The notes under the pieces were generated by a model. The model searched no databases. It saw nothing but the letters and a program-made list of their open reading frames with translations, and was not told the DNA's origin. From Stegostoma tigrinum (Eukaryota): a stretch of DNA of 64,000 bases. Below are positions 26,001 through 41,000 of the stretch, in pieces. Numbering within the stretch: the stretch's first letter is position 1; each line of letters opens with the position of its first letter. Location: NCBI RefSeq assembly GCF_030684315.1, contig NC_081357.1, positions 41,031,517 through 41,095,516 of the forward strand, given 5' to 3'. The position numbers were made by a program, and so were the translations under genes.

Positions 26001-29000
26001 CCCTTTCTATACTATAATTGTGTGTCTAACTACCTGGCGCATTTGTAGATGAGAACTTTTTCTCTGGCTTCAGCTCTTGTACATCCACGCTTTGCAATTC
26101 CTCTTCCTGATCAGTTTCCATTTCAACAGATTCAGTCTCTTCTTCGATCTCCTTTTCCTGTTGAGATCCACCTGAACTTTGTTGCTCTGCTGTGGCTACA
26201 TCTAAAATGAGCAATTTGTAAAATTAGAATAAGGTGATACATTGACTCCATGTACATCTTTCTCCTGAAATCATTTTGTCATTGAGACAAAGATTCTTTT
26301 TCACAGGTTTCTGAATTTGAATAATTCTGAACTCACCAAATGTTTGAGCGTCAAAGGATTCACCGCCTTCTTTGATATGTTCATAAACATCTGCCTCCGT
26401 CACTTTTTGTTCTGACTGGGCCATGTCCTGTTGGGCCGCAATACTGGCTTCCACCATCTTCAGTCGCTTGCTCACATGTTCATTGTGATCACCCAATGTT
26501 CTTTCGGCATCTGTATGACCGGGTTTCCTTTTGTAACTCTTGAGAAAGAACACAGTTTTAGTTTTTCAAAACATTAGAAAGATAACTTGTGTTTCTTACA
26601 TTGTAAAACATTGTGCAACAAAATTTATCTGGATGCTACTTAATCCAATAGACATGAGGACATATTGGGGAGGGGTTACTTTAGACACGTATCCACATCT
26701 CCCGAAGCTTGATTGCCACCCAAAGCACAAGGACCACATTTATTCTTTGTATGTAGATTAACAAACAGGAGAAGATTCTGTTTTAAACTAAAGCAGTGTG
26801 GAAGATGATGTTGCGTATTTAAAACAATGACTTATTGGAATTCATTGTGGGATTATCTACAATGGTACCTTCAAGTAGTGGGGAAGGATGCCAAACATCC
26901 CAGATTTGTTTGTTTGTTTGTTTAGGGGTGGTTTGCCAACTGACAGATTTTTGATTTTTTTTTCAATCAGAGCCAATTGTGTTGAGTTCAGGAGTGTTCA
27001 GCCTACTAACAACATTTTGATTGATTCCTGGGTGATTGGCTAGTGTTATGTCAAGACGGTACAGCAGAAACATCCAGCTTGAAAGATCTCTCCCTTCTGT
27101 AAGTGGAGAAAGCTACTGTCTCTCTGCAGACTCCCTTCTTCAAAGGCAAAGGCAAAGGGGAAAAACCACCTTCAGGGAAACTGACATTGAATGACAGATT
27201 CAGAAATTGAGTGTCCACAACCTCTCATCCCCAAAGAGTAGAAAGGAATTGGAAGGGACTGAAGGCAATCAATTCATCTCTGCCTATAATCCAGAATGGT
27301 GCCAGAACTGTGCTTCACTAACTTTTTTGTTCCTTCCTGCCCATAATGTGTGCATCTTGCCTGGTCTCTGTGAACCGTTTGCCTATGTACGCGGATGTCT
27401 TATAGACTCCTTCCTGAGCTCAACAGAGTGCTGTGTAATTCATTAGTGCAGTCCCAGAGTCCACTATTGCATATGGAAAAATTCAACAGATTTAATTTCC
27501 TGCAGTAAAACAACTTGCATTGTATCCTGTTAGACCTTTTCCTGTATCATTCAAACAAAAATAATGAGAATGTTTCTTCCCACAAGTTACTGCAAGCTAG
27601 TAGCAGCAAAGGAAAGGCACTAGGGCATCTGGAGCTTGATGAACAGTATCTAGAATGTATCTTCTGAACCGATGACATGAGAAAGTCTGAGAAGTAAATA
27701 CAGAAATGACTGGGGATGAGGGGAAAATTCAATGCTCACTCAGGTACTAAAAAACAAGGAGAGAAAAAATATGTTTGGGCTGACAGACAAGAAACAAACA
27801 AGGAATTTTTTTTTTAAAAAATCATTTTTGAACTCAACAATTTGCTAGAGAAGGGATAAGACTCCACATTTCACCTAGCACTCACTTTCTGGACAGAGGG
27901 TGGGTGACTGGCAGTGACTAACAATTATCAAGCCATTAACGGCAATTGCACTATTTAAACTTATCCCAGAGCCAAAGTCTTAATGACCCATTAAAGTGCA
28001 GAAGTACAGTAACTTCATGAAACTGAGGGAGAAGTCAAAATCAAGATGACATTTTCAGAAGCTAACAGAGTGATACAAATCGTCTGGAAACTTGTGACAA
28101 TCAATTGCTGGCATCTCTCTTCCACGCCATGGGTTCCTGGCTCATTTGGACATTAAATGGCAGTGTCATTTGGATGACATTATATTTTTGTAAATTTTCA
28201 GTCAATGCCTCTGGTATTTCATTGAAATAGGTCCTGCTATTACCCCAAAATAGTTTGGCAAAATGTAGAACATCAAAAAAGATTAAGCACAGTGGTGGTA
28301 AGGTTTTACTGCACAGTGAAAGTGCAGATTGAAAACAAAAAACATTGGAAATCACAGGTCAGGCAGCATCTGTGGTGAGAGAACAAGCTAACGTTCTGAG
28401 TCGAGATGATTCTTCATCAGAGCTGATGAAGAGCCATCTAGACTTGAAACATTAGCCTGCTCTCTCTCCATGGATGCTGCCTGACCTGTTGTGATTTCCA
28501 GCATGTTTTGTTTTTCAGTACAGATACCAATAGTATTTTGCTCCTACATTGTGAAAATGAAGACTTGTTTTTGAACAAACCTAAAAAAAATTTATGGTTA
28601 ACATGCAAACTTCATAGCTGATTAATAAGTACTAAATTGCATTTATTGTTGGAACTGCAGGTCTGGCAGCACCTGTGAAGAAAAAGAAATCAGAGTTAAT
28701 GTTTCGGGTCCGGTGACCCTTCCTCAGCATCCACAGTTTTTATTTTGCATTTATAGTTGCTTGGTTAGAGACAACAGTCAATCAAAATAAGTGCTCAAAG
28801 CTCCTGCTGTAATTGAAAACATACAGAAGTAATGCTACAAAAATACACAACTCCATAACATAAAAAAGTAATCATAAAAGTACGACATCTACATGTTTGT
28901 CAAAACAAAATGTTGCCCACCAGTGGAACTGTGGTTTTACCTGCGTTTTGTCCAGGGATTGTTTTTGAGCTGCAACCCGCGCCATCAGTTTGGACTCGTG

Positions 29001-32000
29001 ACCCTCGGACTGGTTCGCATCTGCAGCCCCGCTTCCTTGTTCCTGCAAAACCCAACATAAAATAAATTGCAGGCTGGATATCAGAACCAGAACCATTGCT
29101 TATGGGTCAGTGTTTTTATTGGGAAAGGTGTACTTTATGGTTTTAGATCAGGTTAGTTTCGTCAGTAAAATACACCTCTCCCAATAAACAACTCAACATT
29201 CTGAGATTCATGATTTCATTTCCATGAAGTTTCTCAATTTCTTGTCCAAATCTTTTAGCGTACTGAAAGATAATTTAAAACAATGACTGAAACTCAGAAG
29301 AATAAGCATTGGAAACAGACAGGTCACCATATAACCAAGGCAGGAGGAAGCACCTGGCTTTCATCCTCCAAATTAAATTTAAGGATAATACTACTTTCTT
29401 AGAAAGTTTGATAACTCCATTAACAGAGTAATTACTTGCCAAAAAAAAGTTGCAATTAATGGCATTGGATGATATTTTAACAGTGTTAACATTCACTTAC
29501 TTATCACTTCTCATCAGGCCACAACTTTTCTTTATCCCCCATATAACCCTTGATTCTCTTACTGGTTGAAAAATCAGTCTGTCTCAGCCTTGAATATTCT
29601 TAACAACCCAGCCTTTACAACCCTCCATAGTAAACAATTTAACAGGTTCACTCCCCTCTGAAAATAACTGTTCTCATCTGTCGTAACGAGGTAACTTCTT
29701 GGAGATTAACATTTGCTTCAAGAGTCTCCCATTAGGGGAAATATCCTTTCTGCATCTACCTTGTCAAATGCCCAAGAATCTTGAATATTTCATTCTTCCA
29801 TGTTCCATCGTGTACAGGCATGATCTACTCAACCTTACTCACAAACTAGTTCCTCCATAGCTGGGACTAAGCTATTGAAATTTCACTGGATTGCTTCCAT
29901 TGCCAATATATCGTCCTGAAGATAAAGGGGTCTTAGACAGTTCACAGTACTCCAGGTATGGTCTAATTAGTGCCTTGTAAAGTTTTAGCAAGACATCCCT
30001 ATTTTAATATTCCATTCTCTTTGGAATAAAGGCCTATATTCCATTTTTCTAATAGCATTTGTGATTTATGCACGAGGATCCCCAAATCCCTCTGTGCTGA
30101 AGCTTTCTGCAGTCTTTCTCCAATTAAATAACATTCAGCTCATCTATTCTTTCTACCACAGTGCATACCCTTATATTCCCATTACTTCCCATCCACCACG
30201 TTTTTATCCCCTCACTTATATCTCTTCAAAGGCTTATTTTGCTATCCTCCCCACTTGTCTTTCCACCTATTTTCGTACATTCTACAAACTTGGCAATGGT
30301 ATGTTCACTCCCTTCATCCGCGTCATTAATAATGTGTATAATTCTGGTCCCAGCACTGATCCACATTGCACACCACTAGACACAGGTTGCTATCCTTATC
30401 CCAATTCTTCCATTAGTTAACCAATCCTCTAACCTTGCTAATAAACCACCTTTAGTATCATAGGCTCTTATTTTAATTAGCCTTTTGTGCAGTACCTTAA
30501 ACACCTCTCTGAAATCCAGACATATCATGTAGACTGGTTACTCTTTATCTATCCTGCTTGTTACCTCCTCAAAAGAATTACTAATTGCCAATGCACCATC
30601 TGAGTTTTCTTCCTGGCAAGCTAGTCACCTGTTGGGCCATGGCCCATATACATGAATTAACCTTCTTTAGGCACAGACAAAACAGAGGATGAGGATTGAT
30701 AATGAAGTGAAGTAGGTTTCTCAGTTATGGCAGTCCAGCTGCCCATCATAATGCCCATCATAAAAATGTAGATGGGAAAGATTCTATTTAAAAAATTAAA
30801 GAGGACACAAAGACCTTTGGAAGTTTGAGAATGCATGTTTTTTACTTGCATTGACAAAGATGCACATAGCATTTCACTCATTCCTTGACTAAGTAATCTA
30901 ATTGTACCTCCTTAGCTTTGTCCTTCTCTGATGCAGATCCAGCTAATTCCACGGCTGTATCACTCTGAAGGTTCTCCTCACCGGTCTTCCCTTCAGCCTC
31001 ATGCTCTATTCGTTGCTCAGTCTGAGGAACATCCTGGTCTTCTTGTGTGTCCTCATCCACCTGAAATCAAAATCACGGTGATAACATGGAACCTAACTTC
31101 CAATGTGATGAGAACAAGTAATTTTACAAAATAATGATGAGGTCTCAAAGAAAAATCATTAATTACTAGAAGATTAATTCATATATTTTCAACTATGGTC
31201 AGCTGCATTGCGTGACAGACCAAGAACAGACCAATACCACAGCAATCTGTAATTTCACAGTGCAGTGTATTACTCACACAAAACCAGCTCCAGCACAAGG
31301 CCAGGCACAGCATTTAATACATCTCCAAATCAGGCATTACTTAATGAAACAGGAGCATGGAGCTTTGTGCATGCCAAACATGTAACAGCTAGGGTTGATT
31401 AATGCCACAATTAATAGACCAAAGATCCTGTTGACAATGGTTGTTTGAGAATCAGGTCACTGATACGGTGGAGAATGTTACATGAATCCTGCCCTGGAGT
31501 ATTAACATTGACTTTTGCATCCTGAACTGAGGCTCAAGACCTAGAACCTTCTGGCACAGGAGTGTGTGATACGTGAATCACAGCTTTCCATTTCTCCCTG
31601 CACTGCTAAATAAGCAAAGAAGAGTGAAATGACATACTGTTGGCTGTTGCCCCTCATTGCAGAGAGCTTCTTGGTCTTTCTTGGCAGGTTCTCGCTGGTC
31701 ATCTTCTTTTGGTTTCTGTTGGTTTATGTCCTCAGTGTCACCATCTTCCCCATTATCCTGATCTTCCCCAATATCTTCTTCCTTGCCCTCGCTCTGTTCA
31801 TTGGCTTTCCCCTCATTTTCCTTATCCATTTGTGGATCATCTTCTTGTTCTTGCTCAGCATGCTCCTCTTCTGTCTCAGCAGTCTCTTCCATTGTCTCAT
31901 CAGCATCTGGGTTTTTCTCTTGGAAATCTTTTAGCTTTTCCTCTATATCGAAGGGATTATCTCCTTTAAAGATGTATAAAAAGGGATAGTGAAAATGAGA

Positions 32001-35000
32001 CACACAGAACCTGCAATTTTGCAAATTGATAAATATTACAAAAGTAGCATTTAAAATTGGCATAAGCAGGAGAGAAAAACCATGGATTAAACAATAGAAA
32101 AACAGACCAGATACAAAATTTATGATTCTTCCAAGAAGTTTAAGCCTTAAAACTGGTTTTCTTCAATACGAAGGCTACAGTTAGCATCAAGTGGAGCAGC
32201 AAGTAGAGTTCCGAGATCTTTTCAATCGATGAGGAATGAGTGAGAAGATATAGGAGTTTTTATGATGTAGGTTCACTATCAAGAGTTCATATGGAGCTAA
32301 GTGCCTTTTAACTGGAAAACACAAGTTCTTGATCACTGTTCAGGTGATCTCCGTTGAAAAATAGCATGCAGCTAAACACTGACATTGATTGGCAAGAGTA
32401 GAATTATTCATTGCACCCCAGCAAGGAGTCAATGTCTTGAGAAAAGAGAAAGGCATGCTGCTTTGCATGACCTGGGACTGAATTTATTCACTAAGCTACC
32501 TGAAGGCAAGATAAAAGGGTGTCACAATCTATTATTGTAAAATCTATTAATCTAGAAATTCTTTGCACAGATTACAGCCAATTTACCTCCTTCTTCCTGA
32601 TCCTCATCACTTTTTTCTCCATCTTCGCTTTCCAAATTGAGGTCTTCAGGCAAGTCCAAGGCCTCTGTCTCTGGCTGTTTATCTTGATTGCCTTGGTAAG
32701 GATCTACTTCATTTTCATCATATTCACGCTAATATAAAGAATAGATTAGTAAACTCCTGTCAGACTAGCATGTCAAATTTGTCATGTAACTAATAAAATC
32801 ACTGGTGCAGGCACAGGTTTATTCTCCATGCACTACGTCAATGTGACAATATCCAAGTGAGATAATGTTACATTATAGTGACTTGTATCTTCCATTTTAT
32901 GAAGAATGTTTCATGCGAACATATTGCACTACTAACGAGATCCATATTGTTATCTAAATGATTAATACTTGTAGAAAGTAAAAATTTTATTTCTGTGATG
33001 TCTAATGATTTACTTTTTGTCTTTGGAAAAAGAATTTCACCCTGCATTTGGACTATAGGTCGGCCCTGATTTAAGGATGTTCAACATACCAATGTTCCTA
33101 CTTACAAATGTGATCCTATATTAACATAATGGATCTGGCATGTTCACTTGTACTTACAAACAGCTATTTTACATTGTATTCTGGTTTGCATACCAAATCG
33201 ACTTAAACGTACTTGGGAGCTGAACCCATTCATAACCTGGGAATGCCTGTAGTTTCACTTCACACAACAATGCAAACTTTAAACGTAAATAAGGTGTTTG
33301 TATTCAGGCTTTGTCTGTTCCTTGCCCAATAACTCAGAATTTCCCACAATCTGAAGGACTTAGGAAGTGAACTTGGGGCTTTGCCAGTCACTGGTCATAA
33401 ACCAAACATTTTGGTCCTTGTGCTCATATCCATAGTGGAGACGTTTTGGCAAAATAGACATTAATACCTCATCCAACTGCTCATGAATTTTCTCTCTGCC
33501 TTCTTCCCCTCTCTCCTCCTCCTTCTCTTGCTCCTCCTGTCTCTTTTTGTCATTCTCGCTTTTGTTTGCTACATCCATGTTGTCATCTTTAGCAACGAGT
33601 TCAGACTTCTCCTGTGGATAGAAAACCAGTTGAAGCATATGCTTACAGATGGAATTGATAACTAACCCAAGTGAAGAGCTCCTCCAAAAAAAGCAGAGGT
33701 GGGCAGTAGGGGAATATGAACAGCCAGTGTTTGAAGCTATGCATCTTTTAAATTATCCAATTCATGATACGTGTGTAAAATGGTAAAGAAGTGACTGTTA
33801 ATTGATGACATCACAAGACAAAGAGACCAGTGTCATCATTCCACATGCAAAGGAAACATTTGGAAGTGTAGCCAATTCTGTTTTCTGCTAAAATCTTTCC
33901 TACTAGAATTGATTATTCACTAATATAGTATACAGATAGGGTCAGAGTTTGTACTTATAACTTGTAGTCACTTCATAAGTCAACATTTTCAGGAACAGCA
34001 AGACATTCCCTGTCGTTTCTTCGGTTCAGAAAAAGGAATAAAACAAAGGTGAATCAAGGAGTTAAGAAGAAGCAAGATAATTATCACCAATTATCTTTTT
34101 CACCCCAAATCCTGTTACGATAAAAGGAAAATGAAACAAAGAGAAAAGTCTATATGTTAAGTATTCATTGAGCATTTGTCTTCAGTAAGAATGGAAACAA
34201 AGATGACTAAACTATTCACTGTTGCAATCTCAACAGCTTTCACAATGAACAGATGTATTTAGAACTGAAGTTACTTAATTAAAAGTGAATTTCATAGATT
34301 TAAAACGTTCAGCGTCCTACCCCATCCATTCCAGGGCCAGTATCTTCAGCCTCATCATGAACACTATCTTCATCATCATCATCCCCCCATAATCTTTCAT
34401 CTAGTTTATCAGCCTCTGCATTTTCGAGATCACCCATCTGTTTATCCAGTTCTTCCTCATCGCTATCCGATTCCTCATCATTGTCATCCTTTCCTGTAGA
34501 GACAATTCAGCCAATTAAATACAAGACAATAAACATAAGACCATAAGAAATAGGAACAGGAGTGGGTTGTTCTGCCCTTCGAGCCTGCTCTGCCATTCAA
34601 TAGGACAATGGTTGATCCAAAATTCCTCAGCTTCACTGACCCTGGATTCCCGTTCTGATCAAGAACCTACCTTAGCCTTAAATACACATAAGGACTCTGC
34701 CCCCGCAGCTCTCTGTTTCGGAGACTCTCAACTTTCCAAAGAAATATTTCCTCGTCAGAGTCTTAAATTGCCCTTAATTCTGAGACTATGCCCTCTGGTT
34801 CTAGACTCTTCCATGAGGGGGAACATCCCATCAGCAGTTACCCAATCAAGTCCCTTAAGAATCCTATATGTTTCAAAGAGATCACCTATCATTTTTCTAA
34901 ACTCCAGGGAGTAAAATCGCAACCTACTTAAACTTCCTCATTAGACAATCCCTCCATACCGGGGATCATCCTAGTGAACCTTTCACTGAACTGCCTCCAA

Positions 35001-38000
35001 TGGAATTTCCTTCCTTTAATAAGGGGACCAAAATTGCTCACAGTACTCTAGATGTGGTCTCATCAACATCTTGTATAGTTGCAGTAAGACTTCTCCACTC
35101 TGATACTCCAATCCCCTTGAAATATGTGTCAACATTCCATTAGCCTTACTGATTATCTGCTGCACCTGAGTGCTGGCTTTCTGTGTTTCACGTACAAGTA
35201 CCCCTAAATCCCTCTAACTGGTTGGTTGTCATTTGAGAACAAGATAGAACATGGTGGTGGCTACATTAGTCTGTCTCCTGAATCATTGTGATTTAATAAA
35301 ATGGAGACCATTTGGCCCATTGTGTCTGTAGTGGTTCTCTGAACATTTTAACTCACGCCGGTCTCCTATCTTTTCCCCATAATCCTGCACATTATTTAAA
35401 CAGGATTACTCATCCAATCTTTCTTGAATGCCTCAGTTGGATCTGCCTCCACCACATTTCCACGCTGTGTGTTCCATAAACTAATTCTTTACTATTAGTT
35501 AGACCATTCAAAAGAAAAGCAGCTTGTATTGTGATGAATTTAACTTCCTTCTACCATCAAACAGGAACCTGTCCCCCATGTGGAACATTTAGCAATATTT
35601 TTTGGTCTAAATCAAATTTTCTGAAAGATTATGGATGATATTCAAACTTTGTTTTGCACAACAAACACTGTCACAAATCTTGAGATTAGAGCCACATCCG
35701 AGTTCAGATTTCACCTCAGTTGGCCATCAACAGCAGCCACCCACAACACCATAATTCCATCATGAACTTGCTTGTGTTTACAATTAATACATTATCTGCA
35801 GTGAACAGATAGAGTCAACGTACAATTGGAATAGTTAAGATGGCATAAATTATAAAATCCAACAGGTTTACAGAAGTCAGTTTATCAGTTTCATTGCTCG
35901 AATTAATTTATTCACAGCACTGTCAAACCTCATGCAAGAAAGATGACAATCTCAAACTAGCAAGTTCTCAGGATGCCAAAATCAAACTCCAGCCAGCTTG
36001 GTTCCGAACATTTAAAAAAAGTTTGAGTTTCTTTATTGCCTTGTTCCATGTTAGCTTAATAGCAGCAAGTGAAATGGCTCTGTGGCATATGAGGCCACTT
36101 TTACTGCTGCTGCAATTGCAACATTATATCACACATCAAATGGAATTAGTGCTATTTAAAATTAGTAATGCGCACTTTCATGAACGTTTCTATTACATTT
36201 AAAACTGAAATGTTAACGGAAAATCACTGTGCTGAAGTTAATTCTTGACAGTTGCTACCAGACCTGCTCAGAATTTCCACATTTTGTTCTCATGTTGGAT
36301 TTCTAGCATCGGCAGTGTGTTTTTTAAAACTGATTAAACAGTGCGTACTGTGTGTCACTCAGCAACTTACCTGGTTCTTTGGTATCTCCATCGTGAAGTT
36401 TTCCTTGGAAGTCCTCAGTCATTTCTATGGCATTCTCTTCCTCTTTAATATCAGCCATATTGTCTGTGTCTTCTTGCTTTTTTTGGTCTTTGCAGAAGGT
36501 ATCTTCCACCTAAAGAAAGGACAAACACATGCACGTTGCTGAGGAAAGTGAACAGAAGGCATCAAAAAGGAAGACAATAGGACACACAGTGCCACAACTT
36601 TGCTATCACAGATCTCCAATTCTTGAACATTTTCCTCCAACCTTTTCTCCCCATAAAGCACTTAACTCATACCCAACTGTGTCCCAAAAATAATTGAATT
36701 TAAAATAACCCTGATCTCTACAATTAATTTCCATGAAGTTATTAAGCATGTTGAACTGCTTAGAGAGTCCCCCAAAAGGCATCCACTCTTTAGCAGTGGT
36801 CCAGGGAAGGTGAATATTGTCCAGTTTTCTTGAACTGACAGAAGTGCAGCCAAACTCAACACCCACCCTCTGCCCAGGACTTTCCAGCAGTACAACTGGT
36901 TGGTTTTCATGTCCTTTGCTCTTTACTTATTTCTGTAATAGAAACGTTCATGAAAGTGCACGTTACTAATTTTAAATAGCGATCTCTGCACTAATTCCAT
37001 TTGATGTGTGATATAATGTTGCAATTGCAACAGCAGTAAAAGTGGCCTCATATGCCACAGAGCCATTTCACTCGAAATTCGAACTTTTTAAAAAATATTC
37101 GGAACGAAGCTGGCTGGGAGTTGGATTTTGGCATCCTGAGAACTTGCTAGTTTGAGATTGTCATCTTTCTTGCATGAGGTTTGATAGTGCTGTGAATAAA
37201 TAGTTGATGTAGTCAATATAAATGAAGAGTATTTCAGGGATCAGAAAGTGAACCTAGAATTTTCTTATCTCACTGAATTATACATTGCTTATTTCAACTG
37301 CATCATGGGGATCTCTCGCCATGAGAACGAGCACACAGTGTAGACGTTTCATGTTGCGTTTGTCGCATGCTATCAATTGTTGTGTAGCACATGTAACTGC
37401 ACATGTGCAAAAGCTCAACATGGATTTTAAGTAAAAGGCAGTGGTAATTTTTCCCTTTTATAAGACATTGATTTAAAAAGCAGGGTCCTCTGGAAGTAGC
37501 AGAAGCAACTAGTGCAAAAGGTTAGAAAGGAGGACTTCCAGTACTACCCAGTCACAGAAATGGTTATTTAATTCTTAAATCAGATTCTGAACTACCATTC
37601 CCAAGCCCTACAGCGCTTCAGTTTACAATTAGCATAACCAGCAACAAATGTGTCCAAATAAATTTCTTCTCAAGCACTGATCATTTTTCTACAATTGTAA
37701 CCTCACTTACATAGAGGGCCTATTTCTATGAAACCTTAATGTTTTATGTTAAGATGTTGAAAAAAAAAACACATACCTGGTCTTCATTTTCAATCCTGTC
37801 ACTGACATCCTTCACACCTTCACCTTCTCCAATTCCTCCACTCTCATTATCATGGAATTGGGTTGAACCTTCGCCCATCGCATCCTCCATTAACTCTTCG
37901 GGGAGGCAGAATCCCTGCCAAGTAATACCACACTTCATCATATCCTCACCCGAGATTTTTAAAATATTCCTTAAGAGTAAAGTTTAGTCTTGGTCCCTTT

Positions 38001-41000
38001 CTCTAACCACACTATAAAACAATTGCAAAATGTAATGACATTTCGAGAATAAAATCCCAATTTTGTTATAAACAAAAGTCTCACCTCCATAATACAAAAA
38101 TATCTAGACACTGTGATCAGCAAATTTCTCATACCAAAATGAGGTGAAATCAAAAACCTAAAGATAAACTAGATTTTTTTTAATATAAACCAGCAACTAA
38201 ACGTGGAAAAGGAATAATCGAACCTCTACCTTCAATGCACATTTATTGTTTCCCAGTGGTTGACTAGCTGTCACACTACAATATAAAAAGAAGTAATTCT
38301 TGCTAAAACTATACAAAGCACTAGTTTTGGGTCCCTTATTAAGGAAGGACAAGCCGGCAGCAGAGGTACTCCTATGAAGTTTCACTAGGCTGATACTGGA
38401 TATAGAGGGACTTATGACGAAAGTTTGAGTAGGTCAGGCCTGTACTTACTGGAGTTTAGAAGATTAAATAGCAACTACATTTGAAACATACAAGGTTCTG
38501 AACTGACTTGAGATAGAGAACAGATGAAGATGGTTGTTTTCCCTTGTGGGGAGCCTAGGATCTGAGGGCATAGTCTCAGAGTAAGGAGCTGTCCATCTAA
38601 GGCAGAGGAGGGGAGCAAATTTGTGGAGCTCTTTACCTTAATGGGCTGAAGAGGCAGGGTCATAAAGTATGTTCAAGACTGTGATAGACGGGTTTTAATC
38701 AGTAAGGGAATCGAAGGTTATGGGGCCAGTAAGTGGAGGTGAGGATTATCAGATCAGCCATGATCTCATTGAACAATGGAGAAGACTCAATGGGCTGACT
38801 TCATTGTCTTATGTAAAGGTATTTTTCAGTGGAGAGTGTGTGTGCGCAAGAGAATGAGATTTGGAAGGGAGTTAGAGGAGAAAAAAAAAGAGCTGGAAAG
38901 ACAATACAGAAAAAGGTCATCCTTGACATTTTATAATAGAACATTTTAAAATGAAGAATTAAAAAAACCTAAACACATTAAGTAAGAGTACAAGAAAGGT
39001 TTATCCTTAACCTTACCTGCACTGCAAGGTCTGTGAATAATTGAGATAAAACAGACAGTAATTTTCCACTGCTCCTATGAGTTGCCATTGAAACAGTTAG
39101 GTAGTATAGAACCAACTCGGAGTAGGTCGTCAGCATGGGAAGGAGCTGCACAATCCAGTGGCAATTTTGGTTGAATAACTAACGAAGAGAAAGAACAGAC
39201 AGACAATTGGACTGGAAAATCTATACATTGTTTCCTTTCCAGCATGAACAGAAACCACTCTTTGCTAAATTAGCAAAATTATAGATACTGAAATCTGAAA
39301 AGCAAATTCAGCAGAAACCACACAATCTCTTTACAAATTAAAATTGATAAAATGGAAACAATAACAAGGACACTATTCTGAGCTCCTAGCTCCTCATCAT
39401 GCAGGTCACAGGGGAAGCTTATTATGTCAAGATGCCTAAACTAAATCACTGAGACTGTCAGAAAGTGTGCTTCAGTGATTAACACCACCAGGCTACTTGG
39501 GAAAAGGGCTTTGCCAAGTATTTGCCAATCAAAATCTGGGGATGTAATCCTTCAGTTTTTCTTTCCACTTGGGCTTTTCAAAATTCTACTGAGAATAACA
39601 AATCTAAACTATATTCAAGTAAAATTATATTAACGTAGTACTATTTTAATAAGGTACAGAGTCCTGATCCTATATTTATCCTCTCTCAGAAAGCCAGAAG
39701 GTACAGCATTGACATGCCAAACTGCAGCATATTTTAACAATGTGCCAGAAGAGAACTGTTCTTCGAAAACACAACTACAATAAACGGGAGGTTTCCAATA
39801 CTTCTTGCAAAGTGAAATACTGAGTGTTCTTGTATACATCAAGGAGGGTTAATCAAATTATTATTTTGGCCAGGCATATGCATAATGCAAACTTAGGGTC
39901 TGTTATCTGCCTCGAAGAAATTAGTAAACTATTATTTTGTTATAACTAATTATGTATATTTATATACTCTATCGATAGTTAATTCTGTTAGCTGTTTTGT
40001 TTTCACAGCAATAGACTTTGACTTGCTCAGCACAAATCTGACTTAATACAGTAAACCTGCTGATGTAAAAGGCACAAACATATTATAATCTCAGCATAAA
40101 ACCCATAACAAACCTGGTACTGTTGGAGTGTACATTCCTGACGATAATCCTTCAGTTTTTCAAGGAGGTCAGAAACAATGCTAATAACTTTCACCAAATT
40201 TAAAGATGTGATGTCGCTTGATAATCGCTGTCCCAAACATTTACTCAGGTACCCAGTCTGAATTTTGTTCGGCTCCTCCTCATCCAAATTGCCTTTATTT
40301 CCTACATAATTAAGACATTAATTTTAATATGCAGTCACTATTTTCTGCTACTTGCAACAAATCACTCCACCCGCCTTCAGTGAATAAGTCACAAAATTAC
40401 TCAAATCTTTGACATAATGAAACCAAACTGCCAAAAAACACACTGGTTATTTGGTATCATAACATTATTAAAGGTACATAATTAAACTGAACCTGACTCA
40501 ATTTAAGAGTTACATGTACTCAGCTGTTAGTTATAATTCTTTACATACATGACCTCTGGTAACCACCTTTGAGAACCACAAATGCCAATTCCTAACTTTC
40601 TTGTTTGAATTTGGTCTTATGTAGAGGGGTGCCAGAGCAGCCTCTTGTTGACAGGAAACTCAAAAGGTTATTTGACACTGTAGTGGAGATAGTGATAATT
40701 TGTTTTTAAATTCAGTTTGGGATGCAAGTATCACTGGCAAGACTGCCACTTTTTCCCCATCTCTACTTGCTCTTGAAGTTGGTAAGCCACGTTCTTAAAC
40801 AGCTGTAGTCTGTAAGGTGTAGGTACACCCATGGTTAGGAAGAGAATTCTAGGTTTTCAAATCGGAGCTCCATTAATTCCTGTCCAAATTAACAGCATTC
40901 TTTCCTGTCCTTCCCTCCCCTAAATTACCCTTCTCCAACTCCAATTCTATTTAAATGAGAAGGATCCAGTTGTGAACTAACGAAGAACATTAACACTTAA

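Noticed and set aside
31629-31989. Leu/Phe/Ile-rich plus-strand ORFs resembling membrane proteins
   Set aside because: Antisense shadows of the D/E/K-rich MDN1 exon.
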